Assembly (NCBI GenBank): GCA_050122495.1
Contig: JASFIU010000001.1
Coordinates: 1-44,878 of the forward strand
Direction: 5' to 3'
From: Desulfobacterales bacterium
GTDB taxonomy: Bacteria; Desulfobacterota; Desulfobacteria; Desulfobacterales; JAHEIW01
Length of the DNA: 44,878 nucleotides
A program made the translations under genes and the position numbers. The notes below the pieces were generated by a model. The model worked only from the letters and a program-made list of their open reading frames with translations, searched no databases and was not told the DNA's origin. Each line of letters opens with the position of its first letter. Position 1 is the first letter of the stretch. Of the stretch, positions 7,646 through 16,687 are shown one piece after another.

Positions 7646-9265
7646 ATGGACCCCATCTTTCTATATGACACAACCCTAAGAGACGGAACCCAGGGTGAAA
7701 ACGTCACCTTTTCCGCGGAAGAAAAATTAAATATCGCGATGCGCCTGGATGATATCGGCGTTCATTATATTGAAGGTGGTTGGCCTGGTTCGAATCCAAG
7801 AGATATGGCATTTTTTGAACTCGCCAAAAGAGTGGAATTTAAGCAAGCCCGTTTAACTGCTTTTGGCTCAACTCGCAAACCCGGTATCCGCCCGGAGGAG
7901 GATGATAATCTCCAGGCCCTTCTTGAAGCGCAAACACCCACCGTGACGATTTTCGGAAAAAGCTGGGATCTTCACGTTGAGGAAGTGATGAATAATACGC
8001 TTGAGGAAAATCTTAACATGATCAGCGACAGTGTGGCCTATTTAAAGCAACGCGGCTGCGAGGTTATCTATGATGCCGAGCATTTTTTCGATGGCTACAA
8101 AAACAACCAAGACTATGCCATGGAAACACTTGCTGCGGCCATAAGTGCGGGGGCTGATTTTATTGTCTTGTGCGATACCAACGGGGGGACCCTCCCATTG
8201 GAATTAGATTCGATCATCAAGGAAGTTAAAGCGGAAATGATGGACAAACGCGGCAACCCATCTCAAAACGAGGCTATCAAACTCGGAATTCACAGCCATA
8301 ATGACTGCGGCCTAGCGGTGGCCAATTCAATAACCGCCGTCCAAACAGGTGCGGTCATGGTCCATGGAACCATGAATGGATATGGTGAAAGATGCGGTAA
8401 TGCCGATTTGACCTCAATCATTCCGATCCTTTGTTTGAAAATGGGTCATGAGTGCATTTCGGAAAACAATCTTAAAAAACTTAGAAATCTGTCGCGCTAT
8501 GTCAGTGAAACGGCCAATCTGGTTCCCTTAAATTCAAGACCCTTTGTCGGGAAAAGTGCCTTTGCTCATAAAGGCGGCATCCACGTCAGCGCCATTATGA
8601 AAACACCGCGGGCCTATGAACATATGGACCCCGGGCAGGTCGGAAACAAACGCCGCGTTCTGGTCTCCGATCTTTCCGGAAAGAGCAATGTCGAATACAA
8701 GGCAAAAGAACTGGGGATTGAGCTCGGAAAAAATGGCTTTGACAGCCGCAAAATTGCTTCCGAGGTCAAACAGCTGGAACAGGAAGGGTATCAGTTTGAT
8801 ACGGCCGACGGCACGTTTAAAATCCTTTTAGAAAAGTTTACCGATCAATTCAGGCCTCATTTTGAACTCGAATCCTTCAGGGTAACCGTAGAAAAAGACA
8901 AAGACCAGCCCTGCAGCGCCCAGGCAACCATTAAAATATGTGTCGGGGATCGCAAGGAGATTACGGCCGGGGAAGGCTATGGTCCTGTAAGTGCCCTGGA
9001 CAACGCCCTCAGAAAAGCCCTGGATAAATTCTATCCGGATCTCGATACCATGCGCCTCGTCGATTTCAAAGTGCGTGTCATTGATGGAACCCGCGGAACG
9101 GCAGCTAAGGTCAGGGTGTTAATAGAATCACGCGATCAACACCAGATCTGGAGTACCATGGGGGTCTCAGAGGATATCATCGAAGCCAGCTGGCAGGCGC
9201 TGGCAGACAGCTTCCAATTTAAACTTGAAAATGAGGAAAAATTACGAATCGCCAATTCAGCCTGA
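7646..9265 (+). CDS. cimA: (R)-citramalate synthase-type enzyme (LeuA/CimA family, long form)
   Basis: I prefer ATG 7646 (GGAGAA 5 nt upstream). Motifs are LYDTTLRDGTQGE, HSHNDCGLAVANS and a C-terminal LeuA-dimer-type regulatory domain. A canonical leuA paralog lies immediately downstream. The CimA versus LeuA assignment is inferred from motif flavour and context. Confidence 0.75.
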   Translation: MDPIFLYDTTLRDGTQGENVTFSAEEKLNIAMRLDDIGVHYIEGGWPGSNPRDMAFFELAKRVEFKQARLTAFGSTRKPGIRPEEDDNLQALLEAQTPTVTIFGKSWDLHVEEVMNNTLEENLNMISDSVAYLKQRGCEVIYDAEHFFDGYKNNQDYAMETLAAAISAGADFIVLCDTNGGTLPLELDSIIKEVKAEMMDKRGNPSQNEAIKLGIHSHNDCGLAVANSITAVQTGAVMVHGTMNGYGERCGNADLTSIIPILCLKMGHECISENNLKKLRNLSRYVSETANLVPLNSRPFVGKSAFAHKGGIHVSAIMKTPRAYEHMDPGQVGNKRRVLVSDLSGKSNVEYKAKELGIELGKNGFDSRKIASEVKQLEQEGYQFDTADGTFKILLEKFTDQFRPHFELESFRVTVEKDKDQPCSAQATIKICVGDRKEITAGEGYGPVSALDNALRKALDKFYPDLDTMRLVDFKVRVIDGTRGTAAKVRVLIESRDQHQIWSTMGVSEDIIEASWQALADSFQFKLENEEKLRIANSA

Positions 9266-9349
9266 CTAGAATTGGCATGACTTCAAATCTAACAAAAAGG
9301 CCATCACGGCCCAAGGAGACGTCATTTGAAAAGGACAGAAGGAAACAAT

Positions 9350-9383
9350 GCCGCAGGCCCACCGCTGATCCGGTGCCTGCGGC
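9350..9383 (+). other. GC-rich stem-loop in the cimA-leuA spacer
   Basis: GCCGCAGGC (9350-9358) pairs with GCCTGCGGC (9375-9383). ACCG (9361-9364) pairs with CGGT (9371-9374). There is a 2-nt bulge and the loop is CTGATC. No T-run follows. Confidence 0.5.
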
Positions 9384-9480
9384 GTATGCTCCCGGTATTT
9401 AAGGTCAGAGCGTTAATTGGCTAAATAGTTGATTCGGTAAAGACAACTGAATTACCAAACTACAAGGGAGTATAAATAAA

Positions 9481-11019
9481 ATGAGCGATCATGTACTTAT
9501 GTTTGACACCACCTTAAGGGATGGCGAACAAAGCCCGGGTGCCAGTATGAATACAGCCGAAAAATTGCGGCTGGCCACCCAATTGGAAAAACTGGGTGTC
9601 GATATACTGGAAGCTGGTTTTCCGGCTGCATCTGAAGGCGACTTGGAAGCCGTATCGGGGATTGCCGCTAAATTGCAAAGAACCGAGGTTGCGGCCTTAG
9701 CCCGCACCTCCAAAGACGATATCGATCGTGCCTGGAAGGCCATTCGCAAGGCCGCCAAACCCCGAATCCACACCTTTATTGCCACCTCTGACATCCATCT
9801 GGAATACAAACTAAAAATGAGCCGGGAGGAAGTGGTAAGCGCTGCAGTGGAGGCCGTGAAATATTCCAAGTCGCTGACCGATAACGTCGAATTCTCCGCA
9901 GAAGACGGCTCGCGCAGCGACCGGGATTTTCTTTGTAAAGTTTTTGAAGCTGTCATTGAAGCCGGAGCCACCACGGTTAACCTGCCGGATACGGTCGGCT
10001 ATGCCATCCCGGAAGAATTTTCCGATCTTGTCAGCTACATTAAGGCCCACACCCCGAATATCGACAAAGCCGTCTTAAGCGTGCACTGCCACAACGATTT
10101 GGGGCTGGCAACCGCCAATACGCTTTCAGCGATTAATGCCGGTGCCCGGCAGGCTGAAGTGACCATCAACGGTATCGGGGAGCGCGCCGGCAACACCTCT
10201 CTTGAAGAAGTCGTGATGGCCCTGGTCACACGCAACAATTCTTTGGGGCTGACGACTTCGATCAATACCGAATTTATCCATCCGACCAGCCGTCTGGTCA
10301 GCATGATTACCGGTATTATCGTACAGCCGAATAAAGCCGTAGTCGGCGCCAACGCATTTGCCCATGAGGCCGGCATCCATCAGGACGGTGTGCTCAAAAA
10401 TCCCATGACCTATGAGATCATGAAGCCGGAAACCATCGGACTCAGCACCAACAAGCTCGTACTCGGCAAGCACTCCGGAAGACACGCCTTGCGCTCCCGT
10501 CTGAAAGAGATGGGTTACGATTTATCGGATGAGGAAATTAACCTGGTCTTCACCCGCTTTAAGGAACTGGCGGACAAAAAAAAGCATGTTGTTGATGAAG
10601 ACCTGGAAGTGATCGTCACCGAAGGCATCCTGCGCACCTCCGATATTTTTAATCTCGAATATCTGCACGTGACCGCGGGCACGACCGTTCTACCCATGGC
10701 CAGTGTCAAGCTGGATATCAACGGAAGGCCGGCACGGGGCGCCGGTTACGGCAATGGGCCGATCGATGCGGCTTTTAACGCCATCGCCGAACTGACCGGA
10801 ACAACATCGGAACTGTTGCGGTTTTCAGTCAGTGCATTGACCGGCGGCACGGATGCCCAGGGGGAAGTCACCGTTCGGCTGAGAGAAAACGGGTTGCTGG
10901 CACTCGGTAAAGGCGCCGATTCCGACATCATCACCGCCAGTGCCAAAGCATACGTGAATGGGTTGAACCGGCTGGAATATCTGAAAATGCATCCGATCAA
11001 AGAGGCGGTGGTGTTGTAA
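9481..11019 (+). CDS. leuA: 2-isopropylmalate synthase
   Basis: Motifs are FDTTLRDGEQSPG and HCHNDLGLATANT. A C-terminal LeuA allosteric domain is present. The length is 512 aa. Confidence 0.93.
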   Translation: MSDHVLMFDTTLRDGEQSPGASMNTAEKLRLATQLEKLGVDILEAGFPAASEGDLEAVSGIAAKLQRTEVAALARTSKDDIDRAWKAIRKAAKPRIHTFIATSDIHLEYKLKMSREEVVSAAVEAVKYSKSLTDNVEFSAEDGSRSDRDFLCKVFEAVIEAGATTVNLPDTVGYAIPEEFSDLVSYIKAHTPNIDKAVLSVHCHNDLGLATANTLSAINAGARQAEVTINGIGERAGNTSLEEVVMALVTRNNSLGLTTSINTEFIHPTSRLVSMITGIIVQPNKAVVGANAFAHEAGIHQDGVLKNPMTYEIMKPETIGLSTNKLVLGKHSGRHALRSRLKEMGYDLSDEEINLVFTRFKELADKKKHVVDEDLEVIVTEGILRTSDIFNLEYLHVTAGTTVLPMASVKLDINGRPARGAGYGNGPIDAAFNAIAELTGTTSELLRFSVSALTGGTDAQGEVTVRLRENGLLALGKGADSDIITASAKAYVNGLNRLEYLKMHPIKEAVVL

Positions 11020-11027
11020 ATCGGAAG

Positions 11028-11120
11028 CGTTACGGGTTGCGCGTTTCGAATTGCGGGTTAATTACTAAAAAAAGCATTATTTCGTACTAACGCGCAACAC
11101 GTAACCCGTAACACGCAACG
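11028..11120. repeat. Heptamer-armed hairpin element (GGTTRCG units) between convergent leuA and pyrD
   Basis: The left arm reads CGTTACG GGTTGCG CGTTTCG AATTGCG GGTT (11028-11059). The right arm reads TAACGCG CAACACG TAACCCG TAACACG CAACG (11088-11120). It shares an identical 17-mer, GTTACGGGTTGCGCGTT (11029-11045), with 5619-5635. Confidence 0.75.
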
Positions 11121-11133
11121 ATTTGACCATCCA

Positions 11134-12075
11134 TCACTCCAATAGCTCCTGTTTGTTTGTCTCGAGCGTCCCGATGATATCTGCTAAGCGGCCAATCTTA
11201 TTTTGTTCCAGATACTTCTCAATGCCGTCGAGGATATCTATGGTCGCATGGGCGTTGGCGAAATTGGCCGTGCCCACTTGAACCGCAGTTGCACCGGCGA
11301 TAAAAAACTCCAGCGCATCGGCGGCGGTCATGATACCCCCGATACCGATAACCGGTATTTTGGCCACCTGCGCCACCTGCCACACCATTCGCAAAGCCAC
11401 CGGCTTGATGGCGGGACCCGAGAGCCCGCCGGTGATATTGGCGATCTTCGGACGCCGGGTTTCAATATCGATGGCCATCGCCGTAAGGGTGTTGATCAGA
11501 GAAAGCGCATCGGCTCCGGCATCCTCGGCCGATCGCGCAATGCGGGTGATATCGGTCACGTTGGGTGACAGCTTAACGATAACCTGTTTGCCTGTTTTTT
11601 CCCGCACGGCCTGAACGACCTTAAAGGCGGAATCCGGGTCAGCGCCGAAGGCCATCCCCCCGGCCTTTACATTGGGGCATGAAATATTCACCTCCACACC
11701 CGCAATCGCTTCGAGTTCGTCTACCCTGGCTGCCAGCCCGGCATATTCCTCGATCGACGTGCCATAAATATTCGCAAAAATCGGCGGTAAAAGGGTTTGC
11801 AAAAACGGAAGCTTTTCTTTCACAAAGACATCAATACCCACATTTTCGAGACCGATGGCATTTAGCATGCCACAAGCGGTTTCGACAATGCGCGGCGGCG
11901 GATTCCCTTTGGTCGGCTCCAGCGACAGTCCTTTTACGATAATGCCCCCGAGGCGGTTAAGATCAACAAGTCCTTCAAATTCACGTGCGTATCCAAAAGT
12001 ACCCGATGCGGTCATGACCGGGTTTTGAAGTTCGATGGCGCCAAGCGTTACTTTTAGATCCGGTTTTTTGCTCAT
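11134..12075 (-). CDS. pyrD: Dihydroorotate dehydrogenase, class 1 catalytic subunit
   Basis: I prefer ATG at 12075; the track's first codon is TTG at 12078. Motifs are NPVMTASGTFGY, GGLSGPAIKP and GIGGI. No pyrK-like gene is adjacent. Confidence 0.9.
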   Translation of the reverse strand: MSKKPDLKVTLGAIELQNPVMTASGTFGYAREFEGLVDLNRLGGIIVKGLSLEPTKGNPPPRIVETACGMLNAIGLENVGIDVFVKEKLPFLQTLLPPIFANIYGTSIEEYAGLAARVDELEAIAGVEVNISCPNVKAGGMAFGADPDSAFKVVQAVREKTGKQVIVKLSPNVTDITRIARSAEDAGADALSLINTLTAMAIDIETRRPKIANITGGLSGPAIKPVALRMVWQVAQVAKIPVIGIGGIMTAADALEFFIAGATAVQVGTANFANAHATIDILDGIEKYLEQNKIGRLADIIGTLETNKQELLE

Positions 12076-12208
12076 CAATATCTCAGTTCTCTTCGCTCAT
12101 CGCCGGAGGCGAAGCAAGATGGAATGATAGATTACTTTAGCGCTGTATCGCGTCCCCGAGTTGCATCGCATTGCAAAATATCATGATTCATGCCAAAAAC
12201 CAATAGAT

Positions 12209-13504
12209 ATGAAAAGCAAATCAACCCGAGATCTGAATAAAATTGCATTAATATCCACCCCGTGGCCGCTTTATAGCCGACCCTCTATACAGCTGGGAAC
12301 GTTGAAGGCGTTTTTGCAAACCCGCTATAAAGATCTTCAAATCGAGGTTTTTCATTTCTATCTAGCTTTGGCACATGCCATCGGTTACAGACTTTATCAT
12401 GAAATTTCAGAGCGGACCTGGCTGGCGGAAAGCGTCTATGCCGCCTTGCTGTATCCGGGGCAGTCCAAAAGGGCGGCTGCTCTTTTTCGCAAAGAATCTG
12501 CCGGGAATGAAGTCTTGCGGACGGTAAAATTCAGCACCTTAACCACCCGGGTAAAACAGGCCACCGAAGCATTTTTAAAGCAGCAAGATTGGGGAACGTT
12601 CGGGTTGCTCGGGTTTAGCATATCCTTTTGCCAGCTGACTTCGGCACTATTTGTGATCAAGTGCATCAAACAGAAATTTCCCAATTTAATGATTGTCGTT
12701 GGCGGGGCTTCAACTCCAGGCCAGGCGGCACATGGCTTTTTGAAGCAATTCCCGGAGATCGATGCGGTTGTCAGCGGTGAAGGTGAAATGCCCTTAAATC
12801 AGATAATCGACCATCTTCGCACAGCCCTGCAGAATTTTGATTTAAGCAAAATCAGGGGTGTGGTTACCCGGCAATCGGATGCAGAAAACACCGGCCAAGC
12901 CGCCTCATCACAAATGGAGACATTAAGCCGGATGCCGGCCCCGGATTACGATGATTATTTTGATTTGCTGAAAACATTTAATGCCCCGAAAACTTTCTTC
13001 CCTACCCTGCCGGTTGAAATTTCCCGTGGATGCTGGTGGAAGCGGACTGTCGGGCCCGGCAAGCCCGGCGGGTGTGCTTTTTGTAACCTGAACCTTCAGT
13101 GGGAAGGCTACCGTGATAAGCACCCATCTCAGGTCGTTACGGAAATCGATGCGCTCACCAGACGATACCAAACGCTCTCGGTGGCCATCACCGATAATGT
13201 TCTTCCCCGCAAGGACGCTGATGAAATATTCAGGCAAATCGGACAACTGGGCAAAGATCTACGTCTTTTCGGAGAAGTTCGGGCAACCACGCCATGGATG
13301 GAATTAAAGGAAATGCGCGCCAGCGGGATGCAACAGGTACAGATTGGAATAGAGGCGCTTAGCAGCCGTCTCCTAAAAAAACTACATAAAGGCACCCGCG
13401 CGATTCAAAATTTGGAAATCATGACGGCTAAAAAATTGATGTTTGCCGAAGAAAATAGATATTTAAGCCTTGCTGCACCAACCCGCTCAACTCAGTTTCG
13501 GTAA
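12209..13504 (+). CDS. B12-binding-domain radical SAM protein (RiPP-maturase-like family), probably C-terminally truncated
   Basis: I prefer ATG 12209. The N-terminal region is B12-binding-like (IALISTPWPLYSRPSIQLGTLKAFL, MIVVGGAS). The Cys cluster is RGCWWKRTVGPGKPGGCAFCNLN. Only about 140 aa follow the cluster before the stop. The last 25-30 aa look unrelated to a radical SAM barrel. Confidence 0.65.
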   Translation: MKSKSTRDLNKIALISTPWPLYSRPSIQLGTLKAFLQTRYKDLQIEVFHFYLALAHAIGYRLYHEISERTWLAESVYAALLYPGQSKRAAALFRKESAGNEVLRTVKFSTLTTRVKQATEAFLKQQDWGTFGLLGFSISFCQLTSALFVIKCIKQKFPNLMIVVGGASTPGQAAHGFLKQFPEIDAVVSGEGEMPLNQIIDHLRTALQNFDLSKIRGVVTRQSDAENTGQAASSQMETLSRMPAPDYDDYFDLLKTFNAPKTFFPTLPVEISRGCWWKRTVGPGKPGGCAFCNLNLQWEGYRDKHPSQVVTEIDALTRRYQTLSVAITDNVLPRKDADEIFRQIGQLGKDLRLFGEVRATTPWMELKEMRASGMQQVQIGIEALSSRLLKKLHKGTRAIQNLEIMTAKKLMFAEENRYLSLAAPTRSTQFR

Positions 13505-13624
13505 TTGAGGATCAGACTGTTTTTCGATCCGCCTTTCTCGACAGGCCCGCCCGGGATTCCGCCGCTCCGAACCACAACAAATATCTTCCAGGCAATGTAA
13601 TTCCGATTGTAAACTGTATGAATA

Positions 13625-14647
13625 TCAGCTGAAAAAATTCAAATTAGGCCGGGACACGGTTTCGACGGGGGTTTCAAAAAATCTGAAAAGGACGGTTTCA
13701 ACCGCCTGCATATCATGGGCGTTTTGAATCCGGGTATAAAAGGTATGCCCAAATTTGAAGTTGGCCGAAAAATAGAAAGCAAATTTTTTAAAGCGCCTTA
13801 AGGCCTTCGTCGGATCAAAATGCTTGAGCAGCAGTTTTACCAAACTGCTGGCTGTCTCAAAATAAATTCCCTTATCCACCTCTAATCCTTCGGTCCACTC
13901 GGCAAACAGCCAGGGCTTTGCGATCGCCATCCGTCCGACAGCGACACCATCGCATCCTGTGGTTTGCAGCATGTTCCGACAGTCCTTCTGGTCAAAGACA
14001 TTGCCATTGCCAAAAACCGGTATGCAAACTGCCTGCTTGACCATTCCGATATACTCCCACTTGGGCGGTCGCGATCGCCGATCTGGAGCGACCCGCGGGT
14101 GGAAGGTCAATGCATCCGCACCGGCATCTTCGAATCGTTTGGCCAGGTCAACGGCGTACTGAGGGTCGTCTCTCCATCCGGTGCGGAATTTGACAAAAAG
14201 GGGAATCGAAACGCTTTTTCGAACGGCAGCCACAATCATGGCAGCCAGATCAGGTGCATTTAAAATGGCAGCACCGCAGTTTTGGCGACAGATTGAAAGG
14301 TCTGAACATCCAAAGTTAAGGTCGATGCCGAAAAAGCCCTCTTGCTCAATCCGCCGGGCGGCGGCGGCCATAATGACAGGATCGGAACCAAAAATCTGAC
14401 ACACCAGCGCGCCTCGCTCCAGATCCCGCCAGCGAAAATACGGCGATATCCATCTGTTTTCATTTGGGATTCTTTTTGCACTGCACATTTCAGTAAACAG
14501 CAGACCATAGCCGCCAAATTTTTCAACCAGCTCGCGAAACGCGACATTCCCCACAAACGCCATGGGGGCAAGGACCAGTCTTTTCGTTATAGATTGGCTT
14601 CCAATGCCAAGCGATCTATTTAGGGTATTGGCAAGCTCGGTCGTCAT
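13625..14647 (-). CDS. tRNA-dihydrouridine synthase family protein
   Basis: Dus/FMN TIM-barrel motifs are LAPMAFVGNVAFRE, IDLNFGCS..GAAIL, KFRTGW, LTFHPR and GNGNV. Confidence 0.85.
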   Translation of the reverse strand: MTTELANTLNRSLGIGSQSITKRLVLAPMAFVGNVAFRELVEKFGGYGLLFTEMCSAKRIPNENRWISPYFRWRDLERGALVCQIFGSDPVIMAAAARRIEQEGFFGIDLNFGCSDLSICRQNCGAAILNAPDLAAMIVAAVRKSVSIPLFVKFRTGWRDDPQYAVDLAKRFEDAGADALTFHPRVAPDRRSRPPKWEYIGMVKQAVCIPVFGNGNVFDQKDCRNMLQTTGCDGVAVGRMAIAKPWLFAEWTEGLEVDKGIYFETASSLVKLLLKHFDPTKALRRFKKFAFYFSANFKFGHTFYTRIQNAHDMQAVETVLFRFFETPVETVSRPNLNFFS

Positions 14648-15038
14648 GGTGATAATCCATTTTGTGAATTAATTACGGAACGCAATCGCATAAACAAACA
14701 CCGCGGATATGAATTCAACCTAACAAATTTGACTGAGGTTTAAAAGCTTTCAAGCTTTAATTACGCGCTCATAACGATGATTGGCTAAATATATTTTTAC
14801 TCAAATAGGGTTGATTATTGCGGTAATCCATGTACATTTAGTAGGTGCCGATCCACGGAAAAATGACCGAATGCCCCAATTTTTGAAAAAGATCAGGGCC
14901 AAAAAACCGGGTTCAGCGCAGTAAACGCGGGTGGAAATCGCGGGCGCCGCATTTTGATTGGGAGAGTCGACTCTTCATGTTAAAAACACTTTAGGCAGTT
15001 CCTGTACTGCATCTGCTACTTCTTCGAAAAGGCAACAA

Positions 15039-15917
15039 ATGACACTGAAGCGTATTGCGGTAGTTGGATCAACCACCGTGGATAAAATTGTGGGCCAAAA
15101 TTTAAGTTTTCTTAAAATGGGCGGGGTTACGACGTATTCCGGAATTACCTATGCAAGACACGGTGTTGATACGGTCGCTGTTTCCAATATTTCCGCGCAG
15201 GACCCGGAAATTATCACTCGCTTGCAAAAAGAAAAAATCGCAGTTTTTAATGGAAGCACTGAACACACAACTCATTTTGTAAATCACATTAACAGTGAGG
15301 GACGAAAGCAAAAACTGCCTCGTACGGCACAACCCATAGGCTATACTCAAATCGCGAATATCTTAGAATCGGTAAGCGTTGTTCATCTGGGTCCCCTGCA
15401 TCCAGCGGATATTGATATAAAGGCAATCCATTTACTCAATGATCCTGAACGATATGTCATCCTGGATGTTCAAGGCTATGTCAGATCCGTGAGAAACCAG
15501 ATCGTCTATCCGATTGTTTCGAAAAAACTATCGGATGCGCTAATGGCTGCTCATATTATCAAAGCAAACCAGGTTGAATACGATGCCATCCTTGATTTTT
15601 ACAAGGTAGATTTGATCGAATTGATGACCCGATTTAAAATAGAAGAATTTATCGTTACCTTAAGGGAGAAAGGCGGTTTCGTGCAAAAGCAGACCGGTGA
15701 AAGAATTGATTATGCCGCCGATATGATCCCTTCGCTCGAAGATCCCACCGGCGCCGGCGATGTTTTCTTGGCCGCATATATTATTGGAAAATATGTTCAG
15801 CAGAGAAGTATTACCGAAGCTTGTATGTATGCAGCCGGCATGGTTGCTCAACAAATTACCGGAAATTATATAAGAAAAAACACCCTCCTGCTGGCCCACA
15901 AGGAAAATTCAGATTGA
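15039..15917 (+). CDS. PfkB-family carbohydrate/small-molecule kinase
   Basis: I prefer ATG 15039 (MTLKRIAVVGSTTVDKI). The C-terminal PfkB signature is DPTGAGDVFLAAYI. The substrate cannot be assigned from sequence. Confidence 0.8.
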   Translation: MTLKRIAVVGSTTVDKIVGQNLSFLKMGGVTTYSGITYARHGVDTVAVSNISAQDPEIITRLQKEKIAVFNGSTEHTTHFVNHINSEGRKQKLPRTAQPIGYTQIANILESVSVVHLGPLHPADIDIKAIHLLNDPERYVILDVQGYVRSVRNQIVYPIVSKKLSDALMAAHIIKANQVEYDAILDFYKVDLIELMTRFKIEEFIVTLREKGGFVQKQTGERIDYAADMIPSLEDPTGAGDVFLAAYIIGKYVQQRSITEACMYAAGMVAQQITGNYIRKNTLLLAHKENSD

Positions 15918-16001
15918 ATGAATTTTCAACAGGAGTCTTTATTCAAAGCAAGGATTATGTTAAACATCAGATGATAAATTCGAAATTGAAAAGGCTCTTT
16001 C

Positions 16002-16637
16002 ATGGCTAACACCACACGTCGCCTAATTCCGGTCGGTTTGCAAAATGGCTTCTTAAAATTGCTGACGCCGTTGATTAAAATGCTGACGAAATGGGGCTTA
16101 AGCCCAAACAGCTTTACACTGGCCGGTCTGATTATCACATCCTTGGCAGCGATTGCATTTATCATGGGCTATTTGCGCCTGGGCGGTTTTTTAGTATTGC
16201 TGGGCGGTTTATGCGATACAATTGACGGCAGTTTAGCCCGGCAGGCCAATAAAGCCACCCATTTCGGGGCCCTGTTTGACTCGGCTGTGGATCGCTATTC
16301 CGAATTTGTCATGTTTTTTGGTATTGTTGTGTATTTCATCATGTTAAAAGATTACCCGATTTCAGTGGTTGCTTTTTTTGCGCTATGCGGGTCGATTATG
16401 GTCAGTTATTCCCGGGCAAGGGCTGAGAGCCTTGGATTTGATTCGATGGTCGGCATCATGCAACGTCCGGAGCGCATTGTCTTTTTAGGGCTGGGTGCTT
16501 TAATACATCCGGTGGCGTTAAAAATTGCCATCTGGCTGGTGGCTATTTTTGCAAATTTTACGGCCTTACAACGAATCCGTCATGCCCATAAACAAAGTGA
16601 AACTGAATTCGAACGCAAACCGATAACCGAATCTTAG
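16002..16637 (+). CDS. CDP-alcohol phosphatidyltransferase family membrane protein
   Basis: The signature D-G-x2-A-R-x8-G-x3-D-x3-D is seen as DTIDGSLARQANKATHFGALFDSAVDR. There are multiple hydrophobic helices. Confidence 0.85.
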   Translation: MANTTRRLIPVGLQNGFLKLLTPLIKMLTKWGLSPNSFTLAGLIITSLAAIAFIMGYLRLGGFLVLLGGLCDTIDGSLARQANKATHFGALFDSAVDRYSEFVMFFGIVVYFIMLKDYPISVVAFFALCGSIMVSYSRARAESLGFDSMVGIMQRPERIVFLGLGALIHPVALKIAIWLVAIFANFTALQRIRHAHKQSETEFERKPITES

Positions 16638-16687
16638 AATTTACCCCAAAACCCCATCTTTGGCCCGAGTTCTTTAAACAAAATAAT

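Noticed and set aside
9277-9402. A 41-codon ORF in the cimA-leuA spacer as a possible leucine leader peptide.
   Set aside because: The translation (MTSNLTKRPSRPKETSFEKDRRKQCRRPTADPVPAAYAPGI) contains a single Leu and no BCAA run. There is no convincing RBS and no downstream terminator.
9489-9974. Long antisense or alternative-frame ORFs inside well-supported genes. Examples are 9489-9974 minus within leuA, 40367-40873 minus within hyuB, 34816-35325 plus within the oppD-like gene, and 5641-6018 minus within ilvN.
   Set aside because: Each is fully embedded in a gene with clear family motifs. They have low-complexity Ser/Arg/Ala-rich translations and no RBS. These are typical shadow ORFs.
11134-12075. 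Absence of a pyrK partner next to the class-1 pyrD as an anomaly.
   Set aside because: Class 1A enzymes need no PyrK, and pyrK can be encoded elsewhere. I cannot distinguish 1A from 1B reliably by eye, so this is not noteworthy on this evidence.
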